NCBI RefSeq assembly: GCF_009914755.1
Contig: NC_060928.1
DNA: 64,000 nucleotides
DNA from: the human T2T-CHM13v2.0 reference genome, Homo sapiens
Strand: one strand, 5' to 3'
The notes below the pieces were generated by a model. That model searched no databases and was not told the DNA's origin. It was given only the letters and a program-made list of their open reading frames with translations. Made by a program: the position numbers and the translations under genes. The first letter of the stretch is position 1, and every line of letters starts with the position of its first letter. Of the stretch, positions 28,874 through 48,379 are shown in pieces.

Positions 28874-28984
28874 GGCTGTGACCGTCTATGACAAGCCGGC
28901 ATCTTTCTTTCAAGACACACCTCTGGACCTGCAGCGCCAGCTCTTCATGAAGCTCAGCGGCACACACTCTCCGTTCAGGGCCCG
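28874..28984 (+). pseudogene. ALG1L: ALG1-like exon 6 (111 bp)
   Basis: ttgcag|GGCTGTG ... CCCG|gtagg; [36 protein letters not shown]. Confidence 0.93.
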
Positions 28985-29074
28985 GTAGGCCTCCCATCCT
29001 CAGCTGCCTTCTCTCCTGCTCGCCACTGCCCTGGCCTGTCCCCTTCTCACTGCAGACCTGGGAACCCACTCACC

Positions 29075-29283
29075 CAGGGGTTGGCAAAGTAAGGCTACAG
29101 GCCAGTCTCCTGCTTTTGTAAATCAAGTGTCATTGGGACACAGCACACTCATTAACTTCTGAGTTGTCTACAGCCGCCTTTGAGCTGCAATAGCAGAATC
29201 GTGTTTTGCAACAGAGAACCTGTGGCCCGCAAAGCCTGAAGTATTTACTCTCTGGCCCTTTAAGAAATGTTTGTGGACCCCTG
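29075..29283 (+). mobile_element. MER58A-like hAT MITE
   Basis: CAGGGGTTGGCAAA ... TTTGTGGACCCCTG termini with typical interior. Confidence 0.8.
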
Positions 29284-29724
29284 CGCTGTCTTACTCTCCT
29301 GCCAATGGGTTCCCAGGCCTGTGGCAGGACCTGTGGACCTGTGTGTCCCCTGGGGTGTCTCATGGGGCTAAGGAGGGGACCTTTGTGCAGGTCCACGCAC
29401 CCTGAGGTGTGCCCCTGTGTAAGCTGGGGTGGTGTGGGAGGGCGTCCCTGCACCCTCATCTTGAGTCCAGGGGATGATAAGACAGTAAGTCCCGTGGAGA
29501 AAAGGAATGAGTCAGTCTTGTTTGCTGTTGTAAACTTATCACCCAGCAACAATATTAGAGAAAGCAAGCCCAGGCCTCGGATGGCAGGGGTGACCTGGTG
29601 CTGCTGATGTGGCCGGGCACCCCAACCTTTGGGAGCCTGCAGGCCTTGCCACGGCAGGAGATGCCCGTCCTGGGTCCTGGGCCTGCTCTGTGGCCTCTCA
29701 CAAGCTTTTTTCCTGCTCTTTCAG

Positions 29725-29846
29725 CTCAGAACCTGAGGACCCAGCCACGGAGCGGTCGGCCTTCATGAAGAGGGATGCTGGGAGCGGGCTGGTGATGCGT
29801 CTCCACGAGCGGCCAGCCCTGCTGGTCAGCAGCACAGGCTGGACAG
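29725..29846 (+). pseudogene. ALG1L: ALG1-like exon 7 (122 bp)
   Basis: tttcag|CTCAGAA ... GGACAG|gtctg; [40 protein letters not shown]. Confidence 0.93.
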
Positions 29847-30031
29847 GTCTGCACGACCCCTGCAACACTTGGGGTTGGTGTGACAGGCACCTGGCCAACC
29901 TGTGTTGTCCTCACACCTGCCAGTCCTTCATGCCCCCACCCTGCCACGGTCTCAATGAGAAGGGGAGGTCGTGAGAGCTGTAAGAGGGGTGTCTAGAAAC
30001 AGGACCCTGACATTCAATTCTCTTCTCATAG

Positions 30032-30070
30032 AGGACGAAGACTTCTCCATCCTGCTGGCAGCTTTAGAAA
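30032..30070 (+). pseudogene. ALG1L: ALG1-like exon 8 (39 bp)
   Basis: catag|AGGACG ... TAGAAA|gtagg; EDEDFSILLAALEK. Confidence 0.9.
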
Positions 30071-30377
30071 GTAGGTGTGTGGCTGCGGTGAGGAGCTCTG
30101 GGCTTGTCGGGGGCCACTGAGCTGTGAGCTGCTTGCCTGGCCTGCAGCATGTTCCTGTCCCTGGCCACTGGGTGGGGCAGCCTGGGGACAGTGGGGATGG
30201 TGGAGGTGGGCCGCCTTGAATCCCCAGTTGGGTCATTGAGTGACCAGGCCCTCAGGCTGAAATGCCCCCTCCAGGAGAGTATTTCACAGAGGCTGGTGGC
30301 CTCCCCACCAGAGCAGTGCTCTTTCTCCACCTGAACAGGTGACTCTGGCTATTGTTTATTTAAAAGTTTTTTTCTGA

Positions 30378-31338
<961 letters not shown>

Positions 31339-31539
31339 ATGTCATTGGTGCCTTAACCAAGCGTCTTTTAATTTTTTAAACGGAAGAGCCCCTGTCCCAC
31401 AGTTACTGCTGCTGAGCCCTTTCAAGGTGACTCAGTGAGGAGGGAGAAAAGCGGAAGCGGTGTGGGAAGAGGCGGGGTCTGGGCCAGCTGCTGCTCCTGC
31501 TCTCCTCCCTCCTCTGGCCTCTAGGCTCCCAGGAGTGGT

Positions 31540-31634
31540 TTGGAACCTGCGCCATGTGCTCTGGAGGCTGTGGCAGGGCAGGGGCGTCTTGGAACCTGCG
31601 CCATGTGCTCTGGGGGCTGTGCCAGGGAAGGGGG
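31540..31634. repeat. Two-copy 49-bp tandem repeat
   Basis: TTGGAACCTGCGCCATGTGCTCTGG at 31540 and 31589. Confidence 0.9.
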
Positions 31635-31970
31635 AGTCCTCGTGTCCCCTGCGCACAACACAGACAGAAGGCTGGATCCACCCAGTGGGCGGTCGGGTGC
31701 CAGGCCAGTGCTTACTCCGCCATGTTTGCAGCCCGAGGCCAGCTGGCTGCAGGTGCAGGACTATGCCTCAGGGGTCAGGGTGCACACACCCCTGCATGTC
31801 TCGGGGCTCCTGGGTAGCTTCTGGAAGGGCCCAGATGGGGCCTGACTGGAGCTGCCGAGGGGTGGAGCTTCTGGGAAAAGGATCCCTCCTAGGGGGGAGT
31901 GTCTTGAGCCTGGGGCCATGTGGCAGGGACAGAGACGGGTCCATGGCAGTGTCTCCTCTTCTCTGTGAAG

Positions 31971-32081
31971 GCAAAGGGCCTCTGAGGGAGTATTACAGCC
32001 GCCTCATCCACCAGTAGCATTTCCAGCACATCCAGGTCTGCACCCCCTGGCTGGAGGGCCGAGGACTACCCCCGCTTCTAG
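31971..32081 (+). pseudogene. ALG1L: ALG1-like exon 10 (111 bp) with premature TAG
   Basis: gtgaag|GCAAAG ... CTAG|gtgag; [35 protein letters not shown]. Confidence 0.92.
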
Positions 32082-32615
32082 GTGAGAGGCCAGCGGGAGG
32101 CTCAGGGAGGAGGCAGGGCCTTAAGCAGGGGGAACAGGGGTGGGCAGGATGTACTTTTTCTGAAAAGGTGGCTCTGGAGGCCACTTGGGCACGGGACCTG
32201 GGCTCTGGCTGAACTCCCGGGAGGAGGCTACTTTCTGGTGTGCCAGCCCCTCCCAGCCAGGTGGCCCCAGAGGCCCTTTACCAAGGGGTTTGAGGAGGTC
32301 ACATCCTTTCAGCCTGCCACGCCCTCCATTCAGTCCTCTTCCTTCCTGCAGGAGGGCTGGGCCTGGGGTTGGGGCCACTGTTGCCCAGGTGTAGGAAGGC
32401 AGTGGCTTTGGGAGGTACAGGGACGATGTGTCAAACAGCGTCGCCTCTCCCAGTGAGATGGTTCTGCTTTGCCTCCGTCTCTTTCCCCGTTGTTTTCTCC
32501 AAGTGGGGAGTTGTGTCTTGGTCCTGATGCGTCTCTAGAGCCGCATCTTCCAGCTTCTAGTGAGCAGAGCAGTTGGAGGCTGAGGCCTTTTCCTGGCAGG
32601 ACTCTCCAGCTAGTC

Positions 32616-33403
<788 letters not shown>

Positions 33404-33616
33404 TGTGGTTACGTAGAAAAAGTGTCAACTTACATTTTCAGATGTCCCAGCCAGACCATGTGGCTGCTTGGCCAGCTTAAGCCACTTGTGCTTGGGGCTG
33501 CGGGGGGCCTTATCTGATTTTCACTCCCCTCGGGGGATGCTGCCTCACTGTGCTGGGAGGATTTGTGTTCCCAGGGCAGAGACCAGCTCTCTGACCGCAC
33601 CCCTCTTGCCTAGCAG

Positions 33617-33733
33617 GGTCGGTGGACCTGGGCGTCTGTCTAGACACGTCCTCCAGTGGCCTGGACCTGCCCATGAAGGTGGTGGACATGTTCAGGAGCT
33701 GTTTGCCTGTGTGTGCGTTGTGAACTTCAAGTG
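33617..33733 (+). pseudogene. ALG1L: ALG1-like exon 11 (117 bp, +2 frameshift)
   Basis: tagcag|GGTCG ... AAGTG|gtagg; [34 protein letters not shown] with VNFK continuing in the shifted frame. Confidence 0.92.
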
Positions 33734-33938
33734 GTAGGAGCAGAACCCGAATCTTTCTGGGGATAGCTTCACAGATCCACCGCTGAGGGGGAAACAGTGC
33801 AGAGCCAGCTGCCCACAGTGAGGCCCTGCCCCTTGGTCAGTCCAGCACACACTGGAGGCCATGAGGAGGAGCCCTGTGGTTACTGTGGCTGGGCTGAGCC
33901 TCACTGAAGTAGTTGCTTCCATTTAGAACTCATGTTAT

Positions 33939-34010
33939 ATTTAGGTTGGTACAAAAGTAATCACGGTTTTTGCCATTAAAAATGGCAATAACTTTTGCAC
34001 CAACCTAATA
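33939..34010. mobile_element. MADE1 MITE
   Basis: TTAGGTTGGTACAAAAGTAA ... ACTTTTGCACCAACCTAATA. Confidence 0.9.
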
Positions 34011-34739
34011 TGAAAAAAGAAAGCACCTTAAATACTAGAACTCCACTCGGGGCTTTTGCTCCTAGAGTAGAATTGGCGGGAATTGCCTGCAGGCTTACAT
34101 GGTTTTCTTTGTTTTTCTCTCCCACCATGTCCCTTTTGGCCAAGCTCACATGGTGGGTTTGAATGAGTTAAATGAGTGTCATGCTGTGGCCTCACTGCAC
34201 CCAGCATAGATGGGTGTTTGGAAGGGTGGCGTTAGAGGAGATTCTAGAAGCAGTAGCCCCAGCACAAGTTGAGCCCTTGGCCCCTGCTCAGGAGCCGGCT
34301 CCTGGATGGGATTCAGGGATTCAAGCCCCTCGTGTGAGCTGAGCTCAGGGAACGTCTTGATCAAATCTGGTGCCCTAGAAAAGTCATCTTTTATGTGCTG
34401 AACCAGTCCCCAGGGGGTTGCCTTACTTGTTCCACAGCCATGGAATTAAGAAAAACATACAAAAATAATTCTTCAGTCCTTGAAGAGCATCCAGCACAGA
34501 AGGTACAAACCCTCCTTAAGGCTCCCTCCTCAAATCGGTTTGGCCATTTTGATGTGCACTCTCCCAGGCCTTTATACCCTTCAGATGCCAAATCTAAGAA
34601 CCAGCTCCCAGAAACCACACCCCCTGTTCCAATCCCCAGCCTGGCTTGAGCGTGGGGTGCGAGGGGAGCCCAGGTGGGCACCCCAGGGGTCTGGTGTCTT
34701 CTCCAGGCAGCTCTCAGGCTCCCTTGGTTCTCTCTGCAG

Positions 34740-34815
34740 TTTACATGAGCTGGTGAAACATCAAGAAAACGGCTTGGTCTTTGAGGACTCAGAGGAACTG
34801 GCAGCTCAGCTGCAG
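34740..34815 (+). pseudogene. ALG1L: ALG1-like exon 12 (76 bp)
   Basis: ctgcag|TTTACAT ... CTGCAG|gtagc; [25 protein letters not shown]. Confidence 0.92.
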
Positions 34816-35244
34816 GTAGCCACATCTGCCACTAAGCCAGGGTGCGCAGGGTTCTGGAGACTGGCACCGAGCCACGCTCCCTGATCCCTGCTTCCCACAG
34901 TCGGGGTGGGACCATGTGGGGTCTGGCGGAAAAGCTAGGGAGGGAGCAGAGGTCACAGAGGCTGGCCTACTCTGCTGTCCCGTTTCGGTACAGTAGGCTC
35001 GGGAAAGTTAGGACACAACCCCACCTGCCCGCCTGCCCGCTGGATTTATGGAACAGACACTCCACAAATGACGCTGGAGCCGGGTGGGCCGGGCTGCAGT
35101 TTAGGAAGTGAGCAGGATCAGGTAGGTGAGTGGGCAAAGGGAGCTTCTGGGACCAGCCTTGAAAGATGGGTGGAATTCTGCAAATGTTACTTGTTTCTTA
35201 TTGCAAAAAGTAATACATCGTTCTTGCCAACAGAATGACTGGCA

Positions 35245-35448
35245 GGATTTTCAGTAAAGGTCCAAGTCGGAAGTCATTTAGACTGGGTCCCCTAGTCTCT
35301 GTCAGAACCATGGTACTCTGTTGGGGTGTGAAAGTAGCCACAGATCATCTGTAGATTAAGGGGTGTGGCTTTGTTCCAATAAATCTTTATTTACAAACAC
35401 AGGCTGTGGGCTGGATTTGGCCTGCAGGCTGTAGTTTGTGATCCTTGA
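35245..35448 (-). mobile_element. MER58-like fragment
   Basis: GTTCCAATAAATCTTTATTTACAAA..GGATTTGGCCTGCAGGCTGTAGTTTG. Confidence 0.75.
35386..35391 (-). terminator. Candidate distal AATAAA for FAM86 3' UTR (in MER58)
   Basis: TTTATT within AATAAATCTTTATT. Confidence 0.5.
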
Positions 35449-35787
35449 TTCAGACAGTTTAGCAAGGCTGAAAAGAACACCGACACCCCCTTGTTACCCA
35501 CAGATGGGTGGGACTTGGCCAGAGGCCAAGAGGAGGGTGCTCGCAGGGGAGCATACAGCATGAAGAGGCCGGGAGGTGCCCCAGGACACCAAGTGTGGGA
35601 AAGTGGGACATGCGGGGAAGTTTCCAGAAAGCGTGATGTCAAGTTGGAGGCGGAGCGCTGCTGGGGCGTGAAGAGTCTTGAGTCCAAGTGAGGGAGTTAA
35701 GAACTTGGTAGGGGCTGTTGGTGGGTCGGGCACCTGGGGTCAGCCAGGTGGTGACCTGGGATGCGGTGGGGACAGGCAATGAGGTAA

Positions 35788-35943
<156 letters not shown>

Positions 35944-36417
35944 CTCCCGGGCCAGAGGCTAAAACCCCAGGGCCCCTGCTGTCCTTCCCGCAGCTTCTTC
36001 TTGGAGTCTCAGGGCAAACCCTTTCAAGCAGCGCCTCCCAGTGGCCAGAAGCTGAAATGACGGCAGTGGTGCCGCCTGGTGAGTGAATTGCTTCTGTGAC
36101 CCGGGAAGCTGTGGTTGGCTCTGATTTCTTTTTTGGAGGCTTGGAAACACTTCCTCTCTTCTTCTGTTCTTCACGCCCCATGCCCCTGCTAGCGTACTAC
36201 TGTTCTGTGACTTCCCTGTGACCTCTGCAGTACTCCTCATCCTGCGTTTGGTCTCCAGGTGTCGCCTTTCTGCCGTGTTCCTAATATTTTGATTCCTGTC
36301 TTGAAAAAAGCACCTGCTGCACAGTAAGCCCAGGGATGTGGCAGCTGCAGCGGGCTTGGCTTTGTGAGGAACCGGGTGTGTCCACGTTGGGGGAACATCA
36401 TACTTGATACACACGTT

Positions 36418-36423
36418 TTTATT
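36418..36423 (-). terminator. Candidate proximal AATAAA for FAM86 3' UTR
   Basis: TTTATT on +, about 270 nt downstream of the FAM86 stop. Confidence 0.45.
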
Positions 36424-36693
36424 TGCACAAAGAAAATGCTATTTTTGGAGCCAGAATTTTCATGTCTGATTTATGGTGATTTTCTTAAGAACCAGAACTG
36501 CTGGCAGAAAGGGGGCACCCACACGCTTAGATAGCCGATGTCTTATTAGAGGGCAGTTTGTGGTTCCTGATTTGGAAATTAACATTCTCCAAACATTCCA
36601 GTCCAATGAAAGTTTTATCCGCTTTCCCATGTAAAAATTCTTCCCATGAGAGTGACTTGATCCTCACAATCCCGTTGAAGTCGTGTGTGAGTC

Positions 36694-36794
36694 CTACAGT
36701 ATTAGGTTCAGCATTGCCATCTCCAAGTGCTCTTTGTAGGGAAACAGTTTCTGGTCATGACAAGCTTCCACTTCCCATCTGATCCTGGCCTGGC
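36694..36794 (-). pseudogene. FAM86: FAM86 exon 8 coding part
   Basis: ttccag|GQARIRWEVEACHDQKLFPYKEHLEMAMLNLIL-TAG. Confidence 0.92.
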
Positions 36795-37092
36795 CTGGAA
36801 ACAGAGCACATGTGTTTGAGGATGGCGGTGTTTGGGGACAGGACATGAGCGTATTGTGTGGGGCTGCTAGGACAGGCGTGGTGTGGTGGGGGAGTGTCCA
36901 AGTCAGTCTACTTGTTTCACAGTTTCCCAGTCCCACCCAGGTACCTAGAATTGGCCTCCAGGATGGGACCAGAAATCTGGTTTTGCATAGAAATGGTTAG
37001 CAGCAGGCACCGTGCCGCTGTCCACTCTCTGCTGGCGTCTGCCCCAGCACTTGGCACAGCGGGACAGAAGCAGAGCTCTGAACCCACATCTA

Positions 37093-39312
<2,220 letters not shown>

Positions 39313-40176
39313 AGCCTCCTGTGCGAGGTTGTGCAGGACTCTGTCGTGGAACCCAGTACGCCTTCGTGTGCCGGCTTGTTTGTTTACTCTGTAGTTAACG
39401 GGCTGCCCCACGTGGACAGTCACTGGGTCGTCCGTGTCTCTGTGTGCAGGCAGAGGCTGCTGTGCGTGCATCTGTGCACATGGCTGCCAGGAGGGGCTGT
39501 GCTCAGGGGGAGCTGGGGCAAAGGCTGGTGGCAATGGGGGGCTTGGATGTAGTGTGGAGACCTGCGAGCCAGGTGGCCGGGCTGCAGTGTGCGGGAGCTC
39601 GGGGGTCACTTGGCCTCCGTGTGTCCTAGTGTATTTGTCACTGAGATGGGACAAGGACAGCACACCCTCACAGGTGCTGGGGGCTGACAAATGTTAGGTC
39701 TAAGGACAGTGGCTGGCCCACTACAGGGCCAATTCCCCTTCTCTACAGTCACTCTGCTTGTCTTCCACCGACTGGGTGCTCAGGACAGTGGCGTGGTGGA
39801 TCCGCCTGTACAGCCTGTGCTCCAGCATCCTGCTGGCCACAGCTGTGTCCAGCCCTGACCCCGACTGCCCCTCCCACCACCTCCATTTTATAGATGAGAA
39901 AACAGAGGCCCAAGGGCTTAGGGAACCCTGCTCTGAAGCACACAGTAGGGCTGCTAGGCTCAGACCCTCCTTCCTGTGCTGAGCTGCCCTCCTCCTGCCT
40001 CAAGCCCCCCATGCTCCAAGCCCACCCTGCTCACCGGCCTCTGCCCGAGTTCCCCGCATGGTGTGGGAGTGTGGGGCATGCTAGCTTTACGCCGGCGCCC
40101 AGTTCTTTCACTTCCACTGGAGTCCTGCAGGGACAGCTCGGGGACCATGCAGGCCCGGGTGGGCGTGGGGACTCAA

Positions 40177-40326
40177 CTAGCTCAGTGGTGAACAGCTGGC
40201 ACGTCTGTGGGTTGTGGACGGTAAAGGCCACGTAGACCTCAGGAGCCCGCTGGTGCTCCCGGCAGGCAGCCAGCCTCCGCAGGACCCCGACTAGCGACAC
40301 GATGGCTTCTGGGCAATACAGCACGT
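40177..40326 (-). pseudogene. FAM86: FAM86 exon 7 (150 bp) with mutated donor
   Basis: gtag|DVLYCPEAIVSLVGVLRRLAACREHQRAPEVYVAFTVHNPQTCQLFTTEL, followed by TTGAGT where GT is expected. Confidence 0.9.
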
Positions 40327-41150
40327 CTACGGTGAAATCTTCAGGTTACTGAAAGGGACAAGTGGAAAGTTCCAGGTCATGCTGACCACAGCAGCAGGGC
40401 GAGGCCAGAGAGGCAGCGGTCATATGAGACTATTAGATGCCATTTAAACATTTGGGCCATTAGATGGAAAGGCAATTACTACGGTGAAAAAGGAGAACCC
40501 TTAGAGAAAGCTGCAAAAGACCGAAGCAAAAGAAAAAAATGTCCAGACTCACTGGTGTTCCTTAAAAAACCAGCTCTGGTTTTCGGCCTATCTAGAGGGC
40601 TTTGAATGACACAAAGCCTGAATCTGCCATGAACTTCGTGTTTCAGGTATCCGCTGATTTGTCTGCTGGCTTGCAGGGGTGGGCCTGTGTCCCTGGCCAC
40701 CGCTGGACCTGTGGTTTTCAGGGCTGGGACCCAGGACCACAGGCAGAGCTCTGTTCCACCAGAGAGGGGACTGAGTGTGCTGGCAGGGGCGAGGGGTTTT
40801 CGGTGGCCCAGCCAAACACCACCTTCTCTCAAGTGCCCTGTCCTCATCCCAGAAGTGGTTGTTTTCCTCCGGTGGTCTCTGAAGGACACAGGGCATGGCT
40901 CTGGGACAGAGCCATGTGGTGACAACTGGAACGGGAGTATGCCTGTCTCCAGCAAGAGGGCTGTGGCTTGAAGGTCACCTTAAGAGGCACCCCTGTCCTT
41001 TGATGTCAGCCTGGAGGCCCAGAGTAACTCTTCTGGAAGCCCCATCATGTCCATGCCTGACAGCATCCATTGTTCCCTTTTCCCAGAGCCAAGAGCTGGG
41101 TAGAGCTGCAAGGACACCGCCTGCACAGGATGCCCGGGGCTGGGCATTAC

Positions 41151-41416
41151 CTGCTGCAATGACAACATCTGGCTGGACGGCAGAGAGCTGACAGACCGTC
41201 GCGACGTCCCAGTCCAGCTGGGCCACTGTCACCCTGGGGCCGTCTAAGTTGGCAGTGATGTCTGCCTCTAATGAGAGGCCATTGAGAAGGACATTCCCTC
41301 GGAGCTGCTCGAGGACCCGGCTGTGACAGTCGCTGAAGATGTACGCCCGGGGGCGGCACATCTTGCAGATGGCCAGGCCTGTGAGGCCGGCGCCACTGCC
41401 AAGCTTTAGGACAGTC
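41151..41416 (-). pseudogene. FAM86: FAM86 exon 6 (266 bp), SAM-binding motifs
   Basis: TVLKLGSGAGLTGLAICKMCRPRAYIFSDCHSRVLEQLRGNVLLNG...LDWDVA...QPDVVIAA|gtaat. Confidence 0.93.
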
Positions 41417-41498
41417 CTGGTGGGAGGAAAGGGGACCGTGTCTGTGACTGCACCAGGGTAAGCCTGCCTCGGTGCCCTGCCCTGCGCCCCGAGGTCAC

Positions 41499-41629
41499 CT
41501 GTGAGTGAAGGCTGCTGGGTTCTCGGCCCATTCTGCAAGGTAGAGGGCAGCGTCCCATGTGACCAGGCCTGTGGTGCCGTGGGAGATGATGGCTGTGCTC
41601 TTGGAGAGTGTGACCGAGCCTCCCGAGGG
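41499..41629 (-). pseudogene. FAM86: FAM86 exon 5 (131 bp)
   Basis: gcag|PSGGSVTLSKSTAIISHGTTGLVTWDAALYLAEWAENPAAFTH|gtgac; TG-W-AA-L signature of this methyltransferase family. Confidence 0.92.
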
Positions 41630-41855
41630 CTGCACCAAGAGAGGGCGAGAGAGTCAGTCCAGCAATCAGAAGACAAGTGGCATAGAAGACAAGTAGCCAT
41701 CCACCACATGGCTGAATAAACCATGACAGGACCAATCGCTAATCAGCAATGAGAAACAGCTAACTGTTGACATGCCATCAGCTTGCACAGGCCTCAAGGG
41801 TGTCATGCGGCATGAAAGACACTCATCTCAGGCCATACAGGATTCCATTCATTGA

Positions 41856-42717
<862 letters not shown>

Positions 42718-42860
42718 TGAGGCTAAAGAAGGTTAATGGACCTCATATCTAAGACTGCAGAATGGGTGAGTCAGGATTTGAACCCACACCCACGTTTTCA
42801 CTTTGTCTGTGCAGGAAGGGTATCTGGGCTGTGAGGGGGAGGAGGGTGCCCTTCTCATAC

Positions 42861-42962
42861 CAGCAAATAGCTCCAGTGGCCCTGGGTGGACTCCTTGGCC
42901 ATCAAAGTCTCCGCCAGCACCTCGTACAGCTCGTCCAAAGGCTCTGTGTGGACAGCCTCGTG
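42861..42962 (-). pseudogene. FAM86: FAM86 exon 4 (102 bp)
   Basis: ccag|HEAVHTEPLDELYEVLAETLMAKESTQGHWSYLL|gtatg. Confidence 0.92.
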
Positions 42963-43104
42963 CTGGGGGCAGGCTGAGTGAGAGCTTGTTTGCTTTCGTT
43001 CTAATCTGTAAAAATGGCCAGATGATTTTCGCCAGGTTTGGAGGGGAGATTTGGGATGGAATGGTGTAATACCGGCCAGCTGCCATATAAAATATTCACT
43101 TCAT

Positions 43105-45630
<2,526 letters not shown>

Positions 45631-46523
45631 TTGTGCTGGGTTTTAAAGCAGCTCTCCCCACATTTCATGCTTCACCACCTACGAGAGTGAGGCTCAGGGT
45701 GAAACTCAGAGCAGGGTGCGAGATAACTTCAGGTATCTCCATGCATGAAGCCCTGACCTACTGTATTGCCCCGAAAGTCTTCCCTGCTGTGGCTGCATCT
45801 TTTCCACGTGGATAATCTTGGTTCACCTCTAGCACAGGAATTCTTCCCCGGGGCTCCTAGGATGGGCTGGGTGGGTGAGGGTGGAGGATGTCTGCCTCCC
45901 CTGAGTTTGTATGGAAAATGTATTCTTCTGGTGCACTTCTTTCTGGGAGGGAGTCTATTGCTTTGTCTTTTCAGAAGGGCTGATGGCCCTTCGAAGGTGA
46001 AGACCCAGGATGCAGGGTGATCTGCACTTGGCCCTCAAGGCCAAGGTCAGGCTGCGGCTGGGCCGGGTGGTGATCCTGCGTCTCACCTGCATGCAGATGC
46101 TCTTGAGTCCAAACCCCACCCTGGGCAAAGCAAGGGCCCATTTAGGTTTAGAAGAGACAGGAGTGGGCAGGACAGGCCTCATGAATGCAAAAAAGAAAGT
46201 CTCTGAGCATCTACCAAATGCTAGAAGCTGTCTTGCACCTGTCATCTCTGTTTTTGCTGTGGATGGTTTAAAAAACTTTCCCTAGATTCCCCCCTCTCAT
46301 GCAGATTTTTGTATATTCTGATGTCTTTGTCTAAGTCTTAGAAAATGAAAGAGCTGGAGCCGTCGGAGGTGCCCACACCCACCTGCAGTGCTGACTCAAT
46401 GGTTTTGTTCTTTGAACAGGGGTGTTTTTAAAGGGTACAAGCACACCTGCGGTTCTTCTCTCAGGTCTTCCGGAGAGATTCAGGAGGCAGAGTCATGAGT
46501 CCCAGGGACTCTGGGATTCTTAC

Positions 46524-46586
46524 CTTCTGCAAAATATCCCGCCGCAGCTCAGAATCTGATGAGTCTCTTAACTTTGCTTCTAAGCT
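46524..46586 (-). pseudogene. FAM86: FAM86 exon 2 (63 bp)
   Basis: acag|SLEAKLRDSSDSELRRDILQK|gtaag. Confidence 0.92.
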
Positions 46587-47059
46587 CTGTGTGGAGGGGA
46601 GAGAGAGAAATCTCAAGGGTGCATTCACAAGAACATTAAACACGCAATAGAATGTGTTGGCAAAGCACTGTGTGATCTCTCCCTGGGGACGTGGAGCCAG
46701 TTGGAAGTGGAAGCCACAGCAGCTGAAAGCCTGACATTCAGATGCCGCAAGGTGCACCTGGATGAGTCACAGGAAAAAGGCTAGAAGAGTGACTCTTGGC
46801 CGCATTAGTCCTGGCTACTTAGCGGCCACCCAGGTCATGGGCCAGCTCCCTGGTTGCACTGGTCAGCCAGGAATTACCAGGGCAGCCATGGCACCAAGGT
46901 TTGATGGGCTTGCCATCTGAGTTTAAGTGGAAATGCAGAATGTGCCCATACCAGCCTGGGTTACATTGTCCTCTTACAGGGGCCTCAAGCCCAGCAGCGA
47001 ACTTGGGCTCCCGACTTAGGCAGACTGTCTCGGCTGGTATGTGACACAGGGCAAGGCAC

Positions 47060-47910
47060 TTCATTGCTTCAGAGCTCCTTCCATGCTGTGAAAGGCCCTA
47101 CAAGACCTGGTCCTAATCCCTCTCTCTGGCCTGTTCTCCCTCACCCCTGGCCCACCCTGCTCACTCCACTCCAGCCACACTGGCTGCCTTGCTGTTGTTC
47201 CTCAACCACAGCTGGCTTGTTTCCACCACAGGGCCTTTGCATATCCTGTTCCCCAAGCCCTTCCCATGGCTGGCTGCTTCACCACTCAGGCCCCAGTTTA
47301 AATGCCACCTCTTTGGGGAAGGCTTCCCTGATTCCCCGACTTTGGTGACTCTTCTCCCCAGTTGCTCCATTCACCATTTCCCTGTTTTATTGGCTTTAGA
47401 GCCACTCTCATCTGGTCTTTTCTTGTTTATTCATTTCTTTGTTTATTCTCTGGCTCTCCCATGCAAGCAGAGCCTCATCTGTCATGGGTACTGCTGATCC
47501 ATGGTGCCTGGCTCACGGAAGGCATTTATTAAACATTTCGAGACTGAATAAAAACACTAGCTAACACCGACATGCATTTACCATGAGCCAGGCACTGATC
47601 CACAGGCTTTTGTACTCAACCCTGACAACAACCCTAAGAGGTAGCTATCATTATATCCCCCATTTTATTAAGAAAAAAACAACAGCACAGAGAGATGCAG
47701 TCACTTGCCCAAGGTCACACAGGGCCAGGGGCTGGGCCAGGATTCGAAGCAGACAGGCTGTCTCCTGGGTCTGAACTCTCAACTACTGCACCCTAATCAA
47801 ACAATCCCTCTGGTCAAATGTGAGTGATAATAATAGTACCCACCTCGTGGGTGTTGAGGGTGAGCCCAAGTTAGCATTCAGCGTGGGCATGTGAACAATT
47901 ATAGTCAATA
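47060..47910. mobile_element. L2 (+, ~47060-47550) followed by MIR fragments
   Basis: CAGGGCCTTTGCAT..AAATGCCACCTC..GTGCCTGGCTCAC; CCCCATTTTA..ACTTGCCCAAGGTCACACAG. Confidence 0.7.
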
Positions 47911-48379
47911 TTGAATGGAGACCTATGATGCTTTTAGGAAGGTTTCTATTTAGGGTTAAAAACGCACAAATTTCTCCTGACCAGAAATTATCTCTGAGTG
48001 CAAATATTTCATGTCAATGGAATAACGCAAACGATTAAGCAACACCCCATAAAATGGGGCAGACCCAGGGAGGAATATATATCCAAACTGACTCATCCCA
48101 GTGAGCTCACCGCACATGAATTACAAATGTGTCCGGGTGCATTAAGCTCCTCTGCTGGCAGAAGGGAGGCTGCTGCCTGCCATGCGCCTGTGCTGAGAAT
48201 GGGAGGTCCCCAGGGAGACAAGAGGCCACCCCCTTCTCTGTCTCTTCCATCACAGGCGTGAGAGCCTCAGCGCATGAGCCGATTCTGTGCAGTGCTCGAC
48301 ATACAGATGAGAACACTGAGGCACGAGGGACAGCCTGTGACCTGGTCACCGCACTCAGGAGGACGTGGTTACCTGCGGT

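Noticed and set aside
31460-32017. 185-aa ORF with a repeated peptide
   Set aside because: GC-rich intron with a 49-bp duplication reading into ALG1L exon 10.
40975-41724. 249-aa ORF with a methyltransferase motif as a standalone gene
   Set aside because: It is FAM86 exon 6 extended by intronic and out-of-frame exon 5 sequence.
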